Under the pieces are notes generated by a model. The model searched no databases, was not told where the DNA came from, and was given only the letters and a program-made list of their open reading frames with translations. From positions 1 through 64,000 of the forward strand of contig CAMAPH010000005.1 of NCBI GenBank assembly GCA_945859975.1: 64,000 nt of DNA, in the 5' to 3' direction. Made by a program: the position numbers and the translations under genes. The DNA comes from Chthonomonas calidirosea (GTDB lineage Bacteria; Armatimonadota; Fimbriimonadia; Fimbriimonadales; Fimbriimonadaceae). Below, one piece after another: positions 48,832 to 58,088 of this stretch (the first letter of the stretch is position 1; the number at the start of each line of letters is the position of its first letter).

Positions 48832-50299
48832 GCTCCGTCACTCGGTCGATGAAAGCCTCGGCACTAGCAAAGATCCGGTTCTTGCGAACTGGATCTAGTT
48901 TGTCGAGGCTTCCAACCATCACTGACATGCGTGGGTTTGCTGCAAAAAGCTCTCGGTGTCGATCCACGAACCGCCAGTACAGACCGTCCCAGGTGTCGCA
49001 CCACTCGCCGGCCGGATAGTCGCCCATCTTGCGGAGGTAACTACTCCCACTGAGATATGGCTTCGTTGCAAACAGGCCACCATCTGCGAACTGCGACATC
49101 CCCAAAACGTTCGGTCCCATCACCCATTCCGCGCTGTCCACAAACATCTCCATGAACCAGCGATAGCTCTCGGCCGGTTCGACTTCGCACATGAGCATCG
49201 CGGATCCCAGAACCATCAGCCGCTCGATGTGGTGGCACCAGCCGTAACGGTTGGCTTTGTTGATGGCGTGGTCGAGTGGTAGCAATCCGGTGGTCCCGGT
49301 CCACCATGCCTCACCCAGTTTCCGAGTGTGTCCGAGGCCATTCATGGTGCCCTCGCCAATCGGCGGATACTCGTCCGCCATGCCGCGAATAAATTCCCGC
49401 CAACCGATGATCTGCCGGAGGAATCCTTCCAGTGAATTGATCGGCACCGGTGTCTCGTCGTGAAACTCCAGCGTCCTCTTCACGATTTGGGCCGGAGTGA
49501 GCAATCCGTTGTTCAGCATTGGCGTGAGCACTCCGTGGAAGACGAAGTCAGAACGGAGCGAGAGCGCGTCCTCGTATTCGCCAAACCGACTAAGCCGCTC
49601 GACCAAGAATGTATCCAGCCAATTGGCCGCCTCCGCATGGGTCACCGGGTAGGCGAACTGAGTTGCATCGCCAGGATGCAGCGCAAACTCTTGCTTCACA
49701 AGCGCAATCACTTCCTGCGTTATCGCATCTGGCAACGGTCGCCAAACCGCGGGCGGCATCACGGACTTTGGGAGAGCCCGCCGATTGTCCTCGTCAAAGC
49801 TCCACTTTCCTCCGACCGGCGAACCATCTGGCTCCAGCAGAATCCCAAGACGCTTCCGTTGCTGTAAGTAAAAGTCCCGCATGAGCAGCCGCTTTCCCCG
49901 CTTTCGATAGGCTTGCCAGTCCGCAGACGCGGTCAGGAACATGGGGTTGGGCACAAACTCGATCTCGACGTCGTAGGCTTGTCCCCAGGCCAGCAGGTCC
50001 TTGCGAAAGAACTGGTCCGCGATTTCGTACGTGATCACTCTGCTCGGCTTCAAGCTGCCGAGCCGGTCGAGCAAAGAGCCGGAATCGTCTCGAAGTTCGA
50101 AGTACCGCACCTCTCTACCCTGAGCGACCAGCGCGTCACGAAAGTGGCGCATCGCGCTAAAGAACAGGACGATCTTCTGCTGGTGATGCCGAACGCGGGT
50201 TGCCAAGCCCAGATCTTCCGACATGAAAATCGCCTCCGTGGCATTCAAGCCGGGGAGGCGATCGAACAGCATGTCACCGAGTACGAGCCCAACCGTCAT
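48824..50299 (-). CDS. Bacterial cryptochrome / (6-4) photolyase-related protein (CryB/PhrB-like)
   Basis: LVLGD.LF, HQQKI, GGKWSFD.DNR, HHIERLMV, FVDSAEWVMGPNV.GM, TKPY. Confidence 0.9.
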   Translation of the reverse strand: MTVGLVLGDMLFDRLPGLNATEAIFMSEDLGLATRVRHHQQKIVLFFSAMRHFRDALVAQGREVRYFELRDDSGSLLDRLGSLKPSRVITYEIADQFFRKDLLAWGQAYDVEIEFVPNPMFLTASADWQAYRKRGKRLLMRDFYLQQRKRLGILLEPDGSPVGGKWSFDEDNRRALPKSVMPPAVWRPLPDAITQEVIALVKQEFALHPGDATQFAYPVTHAEAANWLDTFLVERLSRFGEYEDALSLRSDFVFHGVLTPMLNNGLLTPAQIVKRTLEFHDETPVPINSLEGFLRQIIGWREFIRGMADEYPPIGEGTMNGLGHTRKLGEAWWTGTTGLLPLDHAINKANRYGWCHHIERLMVLGSAMLMCEVEPAESYRWFMEMFVDSAEWVMGPNVLGMSQFADGGLFATKPYLSGSSYLRKMGDYPAGEWCDTWDGLYWRFVDRHRELFAANPRMSVMVGSLDKLDPVRKNRIFASAEAFIDRVTEPS

Positions 50300-50316
50300 T
50301 GGGTCCTACTACGTGT

Positions 50317-50919
50317 TTACTTTCCGTACTTCACGCTACAACCGTAAGGCTGGGTGGCAGCGATGGCTGGGGTTTTGCCTGCCTTCAACGCAGTGACGGC
50401 TTCGAGGACGTAGTTCCTGGCTCCCTTCACGGACTCGGGGAAAGGAGTCGCTTTATCGTCAATCGCTCCCATGTACGCAACCTTTCCGGAGGCATCGAGC
50501 ACAAACATGTGCGGAGTCGTCTTGGCCTGGTACAGCTTGCCAACCTTGCCATCGGAATCAAGGAGGAGGGCAGTCGACTTGAAGCCTTTCTCCTTCATCA
50601 ATGCGTTGCCCTGAGGGCCTTCAACATAACCTTGCTTTCCTTTGGCTGACGAAACGATGGAGAGCCAGACAACGCCTTGGTCGGTGGCTGTCTTCTGCGC
50701 TTTCTGCATATTGCCCGTGCCGTAGTGCTTCATAACGTAAGGGCAACCGTCGTTGGTCCACTCAAGAACCACGATCTTTCCTCGGAAATCCGAGATGTTG
50801 TGGGACTTTCCGTTGGTATCAACCAAGCTGAATTCGGGCGCGATCTCACCGATCTTTGGTGGCTCGGCGGCAACCGTCGGCATGGCAACGGCGAGTGCGA
50901 AAAGACTGGTGATTAGCAT
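50317..50919 (-). CDS. Exported thioredoxin-fold / AhpC-TSA family protein
   Basis: APEFSL.D, VLEWTNDGCPYV, AKTTPHMF, Y.GAIDD, YGCSVKY. Confidence 0.9.
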   Translation of the reverse strand: MLITSLFALAVAMPTVAAEPPKIGEIAPEFSLVDTNGKSHNISDFRGKIVVLEWTNDGCPYVMKHYGTGNMQKAQKTATDQGVVWLSIVSSAKGKQGYVEGPQGNALMKEKGFKSTALLLDSDGKVGKLYQAKTTPHMFVLDASGKVAYMGAIDDKATPFPESVKGARNYVLEAVTALKAGKTPAIAATQPYGCSVKYGK

Positions 50920-50943
50920 GTTGTTTCTCCTCTCTTGTACTGA

Positions 50944-51735
50944 CTACGAACGAACGGGAACGTTCAGTACCAAACCGCGCACGCTTGGGGACCAAAATTG
51001 ATTCTCGGGTGCGATCAGGAGCGCTTTGAAGGTTTTCGTCTTGGCGTCCCAGTACGGACTTTTTGGAATACGCACGACCAACGCTCCATTGCCCATTCGC
51101 ACATCCGTTCGGCTGGCGTAATTGACGATGTTTGGAGATTCTGAGAAAAGCTGAATCCCCGGCAAGTCCAGGCCATCCGTTTTCAGACCGGTGATTCGAA
51201 GTTCCAGATCGTTTCCGGAGACTCTTGCTTCGGCCTTAACCGCCGGATCCCATTCTGGGAAGGATGCTTCGGGCAGAGTGATCTTTGGTGTCGCGTTAGC
51301 GGCCACAGTCACCGGGGCCGAAACCGAGAGAGATTGCGGGATGCACGTTTCTTGGCAAACCAGAAACTCAAGCTTGCCGGTGATTTCTGCCTTTCCTAGC
51401 TTTTTGGGGGCTTGAAGGGAGTACCGAACGTTGAAGTGGTCCTCATAGCCATAGCTCACCATTTCGCCTGCGATCACCATCTCTGGCAATTCATAGCGTG
51501 CTCTCAATATCTTCCAGCCAGCCGGCAGATTGAACTTAAAGTCCGGAGGGCTACCGTTCTCGCCGGGATTTACCCAATAGCTATGCCAACCTGGATCAAG
51601 CGAAACCCGCAGGTTCGCTTCAACGACCGCTCCCGGAACGACGGTCGGACTTGCAAGCGTGAGCTCTGCTTTCGAGTGCTTCGGAAACTGCTGGGTTAAC
51701 CCCAGCATTGCGATCGTTGCTGCCACCATCATCAT
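50944..51735 (-). CDS. Protein-disulfide reductase DsbD N-terminal domain protein
   Basis: GWHSYWVNPG..G.PP, YGYED, LVCQETCIP. Confidence 0.82.
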   Translation of the reverse strand: MMMVAATIAMLGLTQQFPKHSKAELTLASPTVVPGAVVEANLRVSLDPGWHSYWVNPGENGSPPDFKFNLPAGWKILRARYELPEMVIAGEMVSYGYEDHFNVRYSLQAPKKLGKAEITGKLEFLVCQETCIPQSLSVSAPVTVAANATPKITLPEASFPEWDPAVKAEARVSGNDLELRITGLKTDGLDLPGIQLFSESPNIVNYASRTDVRMGNGALVVRIPKSPYWDAKTKTFKALLIAPENQFWSPSVRGLVLNVPVRS

Positions 51736-52582
51736 CTTTTCTTACGCTCGATTCCAGACGTTCCTTTTGCCTGCGGGATACTTCCGCAGCAAGAAGCGAA
51801 GGCCGATCCGAGAGAATACTATCCACCCCGGTATCGAGCCATCGTCGGATATCGCTCGAAGTATTCAAGACATGAATCTGGACAAAGATTCCCTTTCTCC
51901 GAATGGTTTGGATCTCGTCCAACGTCAGCCCGTACTGCACTATTTGCTCGGAGAGCAATGACAGCACTTGATCGCGGGGTTGATACTCCTCCCAGTCCTC
52001 GCCACGCAAGGCGGTGAGAAGCCGTAAAATCGCCGCGAAATCGAAGCATCGCGCAACCTTTGGAGCGAGTTCTCGCACTCGGACCATCGCACTTGAGCCA
52101 TAGCTAGAAACCAGGGTTCGATCTTCGGCCCTGGCTTCTTGAATGATGCCAATCACTCGGTCTGGATCACAACCATCCCTTAGCTCGATCATCCAACGCT
52201 GCTTTGGCATTGCCAACAGGGCGTCACGCAAGGTTGGCACACGAATGCCGCGACTTCGGAACGGGAATGTCTTCCCACCATCATTCGAAAAGTGGTAGCC
52301 AGCATCCAACTGAAACAGTTCAGAAGCCTTAAGCCGCTTTACCGGTCCGGCAGCATCGGTGGTGCGGTTCAGGGTGTCGTCGTGAAATAGCACGACCTCT
52401 CCGTCAACGGTCATGCGAGCATCGACGTGCAACAACACATCGGGCCATTTCTTTGCGCAGGTTCGAAAAGCACTGATCGTGTTCTCGGGGGCTTCGAACA
52501 AACCGCCGCGATGGGCGCCCACGAGAATCGGGCGCTCAAAGAAAGGATTTGTTGTGAGCAGGCAGAGCCCAAGGACGATCAC
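51620..52582 (-). CDS. Glycerophosphodiester phosphodiesterase family protein
   Basis: AHRGG...PENT, DGEVVLFHD..L.RTT, GVDSILSDRP. Confidence 0.85.
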   Translation of the reverse strand: MIVLGLCLLTTNPFFERPILVGAHRGGLFEAPENTISAFRTCAKKWPDVLLHVDARMTVDGEVVLFHDDTLNRTTDAAGPVKRLKASELFQLDAGYHFSNDGGKTFPFRSRGIRVPTLRDALLAMPKQRWMIELRDGCDPDRVIGIIQEARAEDRTLVSSYGSSAMVRVRELAPKVARCFDFAAILRLLTALRGEDWEEYQPRDQVLSLLSEQIVQYGLTLDEIQTIRRKGIFVQIHVLNTSSDIRRWLDTGVDSILSDRPSLLAAEVSRRQKERLESSVRKDDDGGSNDRNAGVNPAVSEALESRAHACKSDRRSGSGR

Positions 52583-52600
52583 GCTTTCATGATAACGTGT

Positions 52601-53887
52601 TCAGTCACGCAATCCGCGAAAAGTGTTGATCCATTCGTTGTCACCTTTCCCTTCTTGGAACAACCACGTCTTTTGGAACGCGATTTTTTCATCGGCCGAG
52701 TCTTTCGCTTTTTCCATCCCGGCGAGAAAAACGGTGTTCTTTCCGAACTTTTGGTTCACGCCATCCATCGCTTTCATGAGCTCGGCCCGCTCTTGCACGT
52801 CCTCAAACAGGCTCGGCGTGACCTGGCCGGGTTCATGAAGTTCATACAAGCAGACCGAAACACTCCTCGGTTTCACGAAGTCGCGAGATTCCCAAACGCG
52901 CATGAAGTTGTCGTTCATCGTGATCGTGTCGTTGGTTGGTGGAAGTTTGACCTTGGCTTCCCACGTCTTTTCAAATCCGCTCACACGCACGGACATCGCC
53001 GTCGTGCATAAGTTCTGCGACCGCAGTCGAGCCGACGCCTTCTGGAGGAGTCGCATGAGCACCTCTCGACATCCCTGGTCATTCCGAAGGCTTGGGGCTA
53101 AGACGTGGCTGTGCGAGAGGGTTTTTCGATCCGTCTCGTCCTCTGGCAATTCGTAGCCGCGCAATAGGTACCACCATCGTTCGCCGATGATGGAGCCGAA
53201 CGCTTGGCGCAACTCCGCGCGACCAGTAGAAAGCATCTGCTCTGCGCTGAAAATGCCGGCCGCGTTAAGCCGCGCAGCCATCCGCTTGTTAATCCCGGTG
53301 AAATCGGTGAGTTTGAGTCCATACAGCCGCTCTGGCAGATCCTCCTTCTGAAGCACTACTAGGCCATCTGGCTTCTGAATTTCCGTCGCAATCTTTGCTA
53401 AGAATGGGTTCGTCGCGATGCCCATACTTGCACGCATTTCGGGTCCGACATCTTCGCGAAGTTTGCGCTTGAGGCTAAGTGCAATCTCGCGGGCTTGTAC
53501 GGGATCGCGCTCCGCGCCGATAAGCCGAAAGCGCATCTCGTCGATGCTACAAACCTGGTCCACCGGAAGTACGTTCTCAACGACTTCCAGAACTCGGTGG
53601 TGGTAGCCCACATAGACGGCCGGACGGGCTTTGACAATGGCGATGCCCGGGCACATCCGCTTCGCGTCGCGAATCATCGTGCCGCATTTGACGCCAAACC
53701 GCTTTGCCTCATAGCTTGCGGCGATCACGAAGCTGGTGTCCGCATCCACCGGAACAACCGCGACGGGTTCGCCACGAAGCTCCGGCCGCTCTTGCTGCTC
53801 AACGCTCGCAAAGTAGGCGTTGAGGTCCAAGAACAGTGTGCTCAGCGGTCGCGACTGCTTCTCAATGGGTAGAACATCGTCTACCAT
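52601..53887 (-). CDS. dinB: Y-family DNA polymerase (DinB-like)
   Basis: FLDLNAYFASVEQ, AASYEAK, SIDE, LAKIA...KPDG. Start placed at ATG53887 based on the upstream -10. Confidence 0.85.
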   Translation of the reverse strand: MVDDVLPIEKQSRPLSTLFLDLNAYFASVEQQERPELRGEPVAVVPVDADTSFVIAASYEAKRFGVKCGTMIRDAKRMCPGIAIVKARPAVYVGYHHRVLEVVENVLPVDQVCSIDEMRFRLIGAERDPVQAREIALSLKRKLREDVGPEMRASMGIATNPFLAKIATEIQKPDGLVVLQKEDLPERLYGLKLTDFTGINKRMAARLNAAGIFSAEQMLSTGRAELRQAFGSIIGERWWYLLRGYELPEDETDRKTLSHSHVLAPSLRNDQGCREVLMRLLQKASARLRSQNLCTTAMSVRVSGFEKTWEAKVKLPPTNDTITMNDNFMRVWESRDFVKPRSVSVCLYELHEPGQVTPSLFEDVQERAELMKAMDGVNQKFGKNTVFLAGMEKAKDSADEKIAFQKTWLFQEGKGDNEWINTFRGLRD

Positions 53888-53896
53888 GTTCATATT

Positions 53897-54607
53897 CTAC
53901 GCCAGAACAACCCAAAGATGGCGAGCGATTTCATGGCCGACCGTGTGCGTTTGGTCGCCAATTTTAAGGTGAATCAGCTTATCGACCGGTGTGCTACCGG
54001 TAGCTTCGAACTCGGAACCCGGCCTCAAGCCGAGATCATCAAGTCGCCGTAAGAACTCAACTCGCTCGTCGGAAATTCGAAATACTTTCAGCTTGCCAAC
54101 CGGCGCCGCCTGCAATCTGAAGCTAGGATCGGGCGCGTCGGGGTCCACTGGATTCCCGTGTGGGCAGGTGGTCGGGTGCCCAAGCTTGGTGTCCATCTTG
54201 TCGATGACATCCTCCGAAAGATAGTGCTCGAGCTTGCATGCGAGCTCGTGGACATCGTCCCACGGAAGGTCGAGTTCGTCCACCAAGAACCGCTCAAGAA
54301 TGCGGTGGGCACGCGTCAACTGCTTGGCGACCTTTTCGCCAAACTCGGTCAGCCTGATGCCTTGGTACGGTGAGTGCTCGGCCAATCCCATTTCCGCGAG
54401 CTTCTTCACCATGGTAGAAGCGCTGCCCGCACTGACTTGCATGTAGGTCGCGATCTCGCCCGTCGATACCGAGTCCACCTCTTTCTGAAGTCGGAAAATG
54501 CCCTCGACGTACTCCTCCACGCTCTCGCTGAAGGCGCGCTGCTTCTGATCTTCGCTACGAGGTCGGCAACTCGCGGGGACTCTCAGAGTGAGTTCTTGCT
54601 TCGGCAT
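53897..54607 (-). CDS. DtxR/MntR-family metal-dependent regulator with FeoA domain
   Basis: EEYVEGI, HRILERFL, ACKLEH, CPHGNP. Confidence 0.92.
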   Translation of the reverse strand: MPKQELTLRVPASCRPRSEDQKQRAFSESVEEYVEGIFRLQKEVDSVSTGEIATYMQVSAGSASTMVKKLAEMGLAEHSPYQGIRLTEFGEKVAKQLTRAHRILERFLVDELDLPWDDVHELACKLEHYLSEDVIDKMDTKLGHPTTCPHGNPVDPDAPDPSFRLQAAPVGKLKVFRISDERVEFLRRLDDLGLRPGSEFEATGSTPVDKLIHLKIGDQTHTVGHEIARHLWVVLA

Positions 54608-54744
54608 CAACCTATTATGGGTGCCTCCGCAGGTCTTATGAGAGGAAGATTTCACATGGACCACACTCGAGTAGGTGACCGGTACTTCGACTTCCATTCC
54701 GACCGGGCTATGTTGTCAAACATCGCTAGTCCAATACAAGTTTA

Positions 54745-54784
54745 TTCGGTATTCGCGAATCGCGAATACCGAACAGCCTATAAT
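54745..54784 (+). promoter_or_regulatory. Perfect 14-bp inverted repeat (operator) followed by a TATAAT -10
   Basis: TTCGGTATTCGCGA-A-TCGCGAATACCGAA (54745-54773). TATAAT at 54779-54784, 6 nt before GTG54791. Confidence 0.8.
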
Positions 54785-54790
54785 TGACAC

Positions 54791-55312
54791 GTGATGGACT
54801 CCGCGGACATGTACGTGTTGCTGAAAATCGCCTCCCTTAGGGGGCGTAGCGACTGGACCCAGGGCCTGCTGGCTGCCGAAATCGGCGTGAGTCCTTCTAC
54901 CGTGAACCGCGCGCTCAAGCGGGCGACGAACGCAAAGCTCTACCATCCCTCAAGTAAGAACCTGAATCTCAGAAGTCTTGAAGAGGCCTTGGTTCACGGA
55001 TCAAGATATTTCCTAGCTCCCGAGACGGGCGGAGAGTCGCGGGGAACCCCCACGGCGTGGGCGGCCCCTCCGCTGGACGCGGAAATTGCATCATCGGACT
55101 CTCTACCCCCCGTTTGGCCCCATCCATTGGGCGAGACGCGCGGGCTGTCCGTTGAGCCGCTGCACCCGAGTGCGCCAAAGGTAGCGTTACGCGACCCAGA
55201 CTTTTACGCGGTCCTGGCCCTCGTAGATGCTCTACGCTTGGGCGACAACCGAGAGCGCGACTTGGCTGGCAAAGAACTCCACCGAATCTTCTCGCTACGA
55301 GGTGAGGACTGA
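54791..55312 (+). CDS. HTH protein, putative antitoxin/autorepressor
   Basis: N-terminal HTH TQGLLAAEIGVSPSTVNRALKR. Precedes a nucleotidyltransferase. Confidence 0.75.
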   Translation: MMDSADMYVLLKIASLRGRSDWTQGLLAAEIGVSPSTVNRALKRATNAKLYHPSSKNLNLRSLEEALVHGSRYFLAPETGGESRGTPTAWAAPPLDAEIASSDSLPPVWPHPLGETRGLSVEPLHPSAPKVALRDPDFYAVLALVDALRLGDNRERDLAGKELHRIFSLRGED

Positions 55313-55313
55313 A

Positions 55314-56000
55314 GTGAGGGCTGTACCGCCAATCGAGTTGCTGAACCTTGCGGCACTACAACTGGGAGACCTTTGCCCAGAGGTGGTCTTCCTCGGTGGC
55401 GCCGTCGTCGGTTTGCTTCTCACCGACAAGGGAGGGCTGCCACCCCGAGTAACCAAAGACGTTGATGTCGCGATCAAGATGGGTACTGGCATGCTGGATT
55501 TGCACGCCCTCGACCGTCGCCTCTTAGCACTTGGCTTTAGGAACGACATGGAGGGACCCGTATGCCGCTATTTGAACGGCATCACGGTGATTGACGTGAT
55601 CCCTGTCAATCCGGAGTCCACAGCTGAGCTGAATCCGTGGTATCCCCTCGCAATCGACACGGCATGGCCGTACACGCTTGAGAACGGAATCAAGATCAAG
55701 GTGATTGAACCCGTGTGTTTCTTGGGCACGAAGATGACAGCCTTCCGTTCGCCGTCGCGAGAGTATCACGACGACATCTTAATGAGTCGAGACTTCAGCG
55801 ACATGGTGCGAGTCATTGACGGAAGGCCGACGGTTGTAGCTGAAGCACGGCAAGCGGACGAAGGACTTCACGCCTTTCTTCAAAGTGAGTTCGAGGCGAT
55901 TCTGAAGTACGACTACCTTGAGGAAGCCCTTCGCGACAACGTTGATGCAGGGCGTGAGAACCTAGTACTTGAGCGCATCCGCGCCCTGGCTGGCATCTAG
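55314..56000 (+). CDS. Nucleotidyltransferase, AbiEii/AbiGii-like putative toxin
   Basis: VFLGGA...RVTKDVDV, IDVIP, FLGTKMTAF and RDFSD fit the AbiEii-type motif pattern. Start is 55302 or 55314. Confidence 0.75.
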   Translation: MRAVPPIELLNLAALQLGDLCPEVVFLGGAVVGLLLTDKGGLPPRVTKDVDVAIKMGTGMLDLHALDRRLLALGFRNDMEGPVCRYLNGITVIDVIPVNPESTAELNPWYPLAIDTAWPYTLENGIKIKVIEPVCFLGTKMTAFRSPSREYHDDILMSRDFSDMVRVIDGRPTVVAEARQADEGLHAFLQSEFEAILKYDYLEEALRDNVDAGRENLVLERIRALAGI

Positions 56001-56043
56001 TTTGAACCGCAAAGAGCGCTTCATCTAGAACGATCGAGAACCC

Positions 56044-56265
56044 CTAGCTGAGCAGAAACTGCTTGATTCGATCAAGCCCGCGTAGCGCGCCAACCAAACC
56101 GGTGCCGATGATGAGGACCATCAGGGCGGAGAGCAGGTCCCGGAAGAACCACATTGCCGCCGCCACGTGCCACGTTGCCACGATGATGAACCACACGAAA
56201 AAGCCTTCAATGGCTTTCTGTGAGGCATCTTTCCGAATTCGCCGATTCCTTTCAGCAATTGTCAT
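56044..56265 (-). CDS. Small 2-TM hypothetical protein
   Basis: Hydrophobic helices. Fills the gap. Confidence 0.5.
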   Translation of the reverse strand: MTIAERNRRIRKDASQKAIEGFFVWFIIVATWHVAAAMWFFRDLLSALMVLIIGTGLVGALRGLDRIKQFLLS

Positions 56266-56373
56266 AGAGATTCCCTTCTCAACCTTTAAGCGTTACCTTA
56301 ACATACTTTTTCTGATAAAGCTAAGGATATTATCGGAAGGCAGCCAATTTTCCGCAGGGAATTCTCGGCAATC

Positions 56374-56400
56374 TGAAACTTTGCCGGGTTTGAGGCGTTT
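56374..56400 (+). promoter_or_regulatory. Candidate ECF sigma promoter
   Basis: TGAAAC-N16-CGTTT upstream of ATG56423. Confidence 0.4.
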
Positions 56401-56422
56401 GCACCTCCGTCAGGAACGCCTT

Positions 56423-58081
56423 ATGAATCTCGCGATTGCATGTATTTCCGCCTTTTTGGCACCCGTTCAACCCACGGCGCATCTCGGGGTCACTTCCCTC
56501 AGAGGCGGTGTCGCCGATGTCACGAGCCAGTTTGACTTTGGCGATCCGAGTGCGTCGGTGCTCGCGACGTCGCAGACCAAGCCAAAACAGAAAATCGTGT
56601 CGTTGGCCAAAGTCGTCGGCGTTTCAATGTTCAAGAATGGCTACGCCGTCGTGACGCGTCAGTTCGATGTTGATGCCTCGGGCACCACGAACCTTGGATT
56701 TATTCCGGCGAGTTCCATCGGCACGCTTTGGTTCAGCACGACGGGCGGCGCGCAACTCAAGACCGTCACCGCGACGACGATGCAGAACAACGCCACCACG
56801 ATTCTTGGGAATCTCGACCAGATTCTTGTCGCGAACGTCGGCAGAGTTTTACGGTTGACATACCGCCAGGGTGAGGCGGGGTACCCATCAGTCAAGGGCA
56901 AGCTTCTCGCTATCAGCGGCGAACTGATCGTCTTGGAAACTCCAGCCGGACAGCAAGTGCTGAGCAAGGTTGGGATTCAGAAGATCACTCCAGAAGGCGG
57001 CAAGCTGGTCTTCTCCACCAATTACTCCGCTGCCACTCGCGTCGTCCAGTTCAAGACCACGGGTAAGGGCAAGATTCAGATGCTCTCGCTGGAACGGGGC
57101 ATTTCTTGGACCCCTGGCTACGCCATTGAGCTAATCGACGACAAGGAACTCAAAGTCGTTTCCAAGGCGACGATCACAAACGATCTGAGTGACCTTGTGA
57201 ACCTTGACGTTCGACTGATCACGGGCTTCCCGAACCTGCCTTGGGCGGGCGTGCTTGAACCGTTCCTCTCGGGATCACCCACCAACAATGCTTTTCTAGG
57301 TGCTGGCTTTGGCGGCGGCGGCCAAGCGCCAGCGGCGATGATGACCCAAAATCGAATGGCCAAGGAGGCCGTGATGGCCGACTTTAGCGCAGGAATGGCC
57401 GCGCCTAGCGACGCCAGCGGCGAGCAGAAAGAAGACCTGTTCTTCTACAAGTATCCAAAGGTTTCGCTCAAGTCGGGCGACCGCGGCTACTACATCCTGT
57501 TCGAAGCGAAGTCCCCCTACAAGACTCTCTTCACCGCCGATCTGCCGGATTCCACGACTCCAGAATCAACGTACCGAGGTCTGCCAGACGGTCCAGCGGA
57601 TGTTTGGAACACGCTGCAGTTCCGAAACACTTCTGGTCAACCACTCACGACCAGCATCGCTACCGCGTTTAGCAAGGGCGACATCGTCGGCCAAGGAATG
57701 CTGAACTACACGCCCGCGAACTCCGATGCCGAACTTCAAATCAACAAGTCGCTTGACATTCGCGTCGAGGCTACCGAAGAGGAAGTGACCCGAGAGCGGG
57801 GCGCGATCAAGTACTTCAACAGCGAGCAGCCGCTTTACGATCTGGTCACCTTGAAAGGAGTCATCGAAATTCGCAATGACAAGTCCAAAGAAGTCAAGCT
57901 CCGAATTCGAAAGCAGATCACGGGGGAAATCTTGGAAGCCGGGACGGCGGACGTTGCTAAAACGGCCAAAGGACTGAAAGCCGTGAACCCAAACGCAACG
58001 TTAACATGGAATCCAACGCTTTCGCCGGGCAAATCGCTTAAACTGAATTACAGCTACAAGCTCTACCTGCGAAGTAGCTAG
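56423..58081 (+). CDS. DUF4139-like exported protein
   Basis: VSMFKNGYAVV, GISWTPGY, ATITN, DLFFYK...SL and a C-terminal LTW..TLSPG...L.YSY. Confidence 0.7.
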   Translation: MNLAIACISAFLAPVQPTAHLGVTSLRGGVADVTSQFDFGDPSASVLATSQTKPKQKIVSLAKVVGVSMFKNGYAVVTRQFDVDASGTTNLGFIPASSIGTLWFSTTGGAQLKTVTATTMQNNATTILGNLDQILVANVGRVLRLTYRQGEAGYPSVKGKLLAISGELIVLETPAGQQVLSKVGIQKITPEGGKLVFSTNYSAATRVVQFKTTGKGKIQMLSLERGISWTPGYAIELIDDKELKVVSKATITNDLSDLVNLDVRLITGFPNLPWAGVLEPFLSGSPTNNAFLGAGFGGGGQAPAAMMTQNRMAKEAVMADFSAGMAAPSDASGEQKEDLFFYKYPKVSLKSGDRGYYILFEAKSPYKTLFTADLPDSTTPESTYRGLPDGPADVWNTLQFRNTSGQPLTTSIATAFSKGDIVGQGMLNYTPANSDAELQINKSLDIRVEATEEEVTRERGAIKYFNSEQPLYDLVTLKGVIEIRNDKSKEVKLRIRKQITGEILEAGTADVAKTAKGLKAVNPNATLTWNPTLSPGKSLKLNYSYKLYLRSS

Positions 58082-58088
58082 TAATCCC

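Noticed and set aside
54628..54787. Short ORF upstream of the HTH/nucleotidyltransferase pair
   Set aside because: Runs through the operator and promoter and has no recognisable features. Probably non-coding.
56063..56422. 120-aa N-terminal extension of the DUF4139-like ORF, and similar extensions in the track for leuC, metG, dop and the C45 hydrolase
   Set aside because: The extensions overlap neighbouring genes. Signal peptides, family N-termini or -10 elements indicate later starts.
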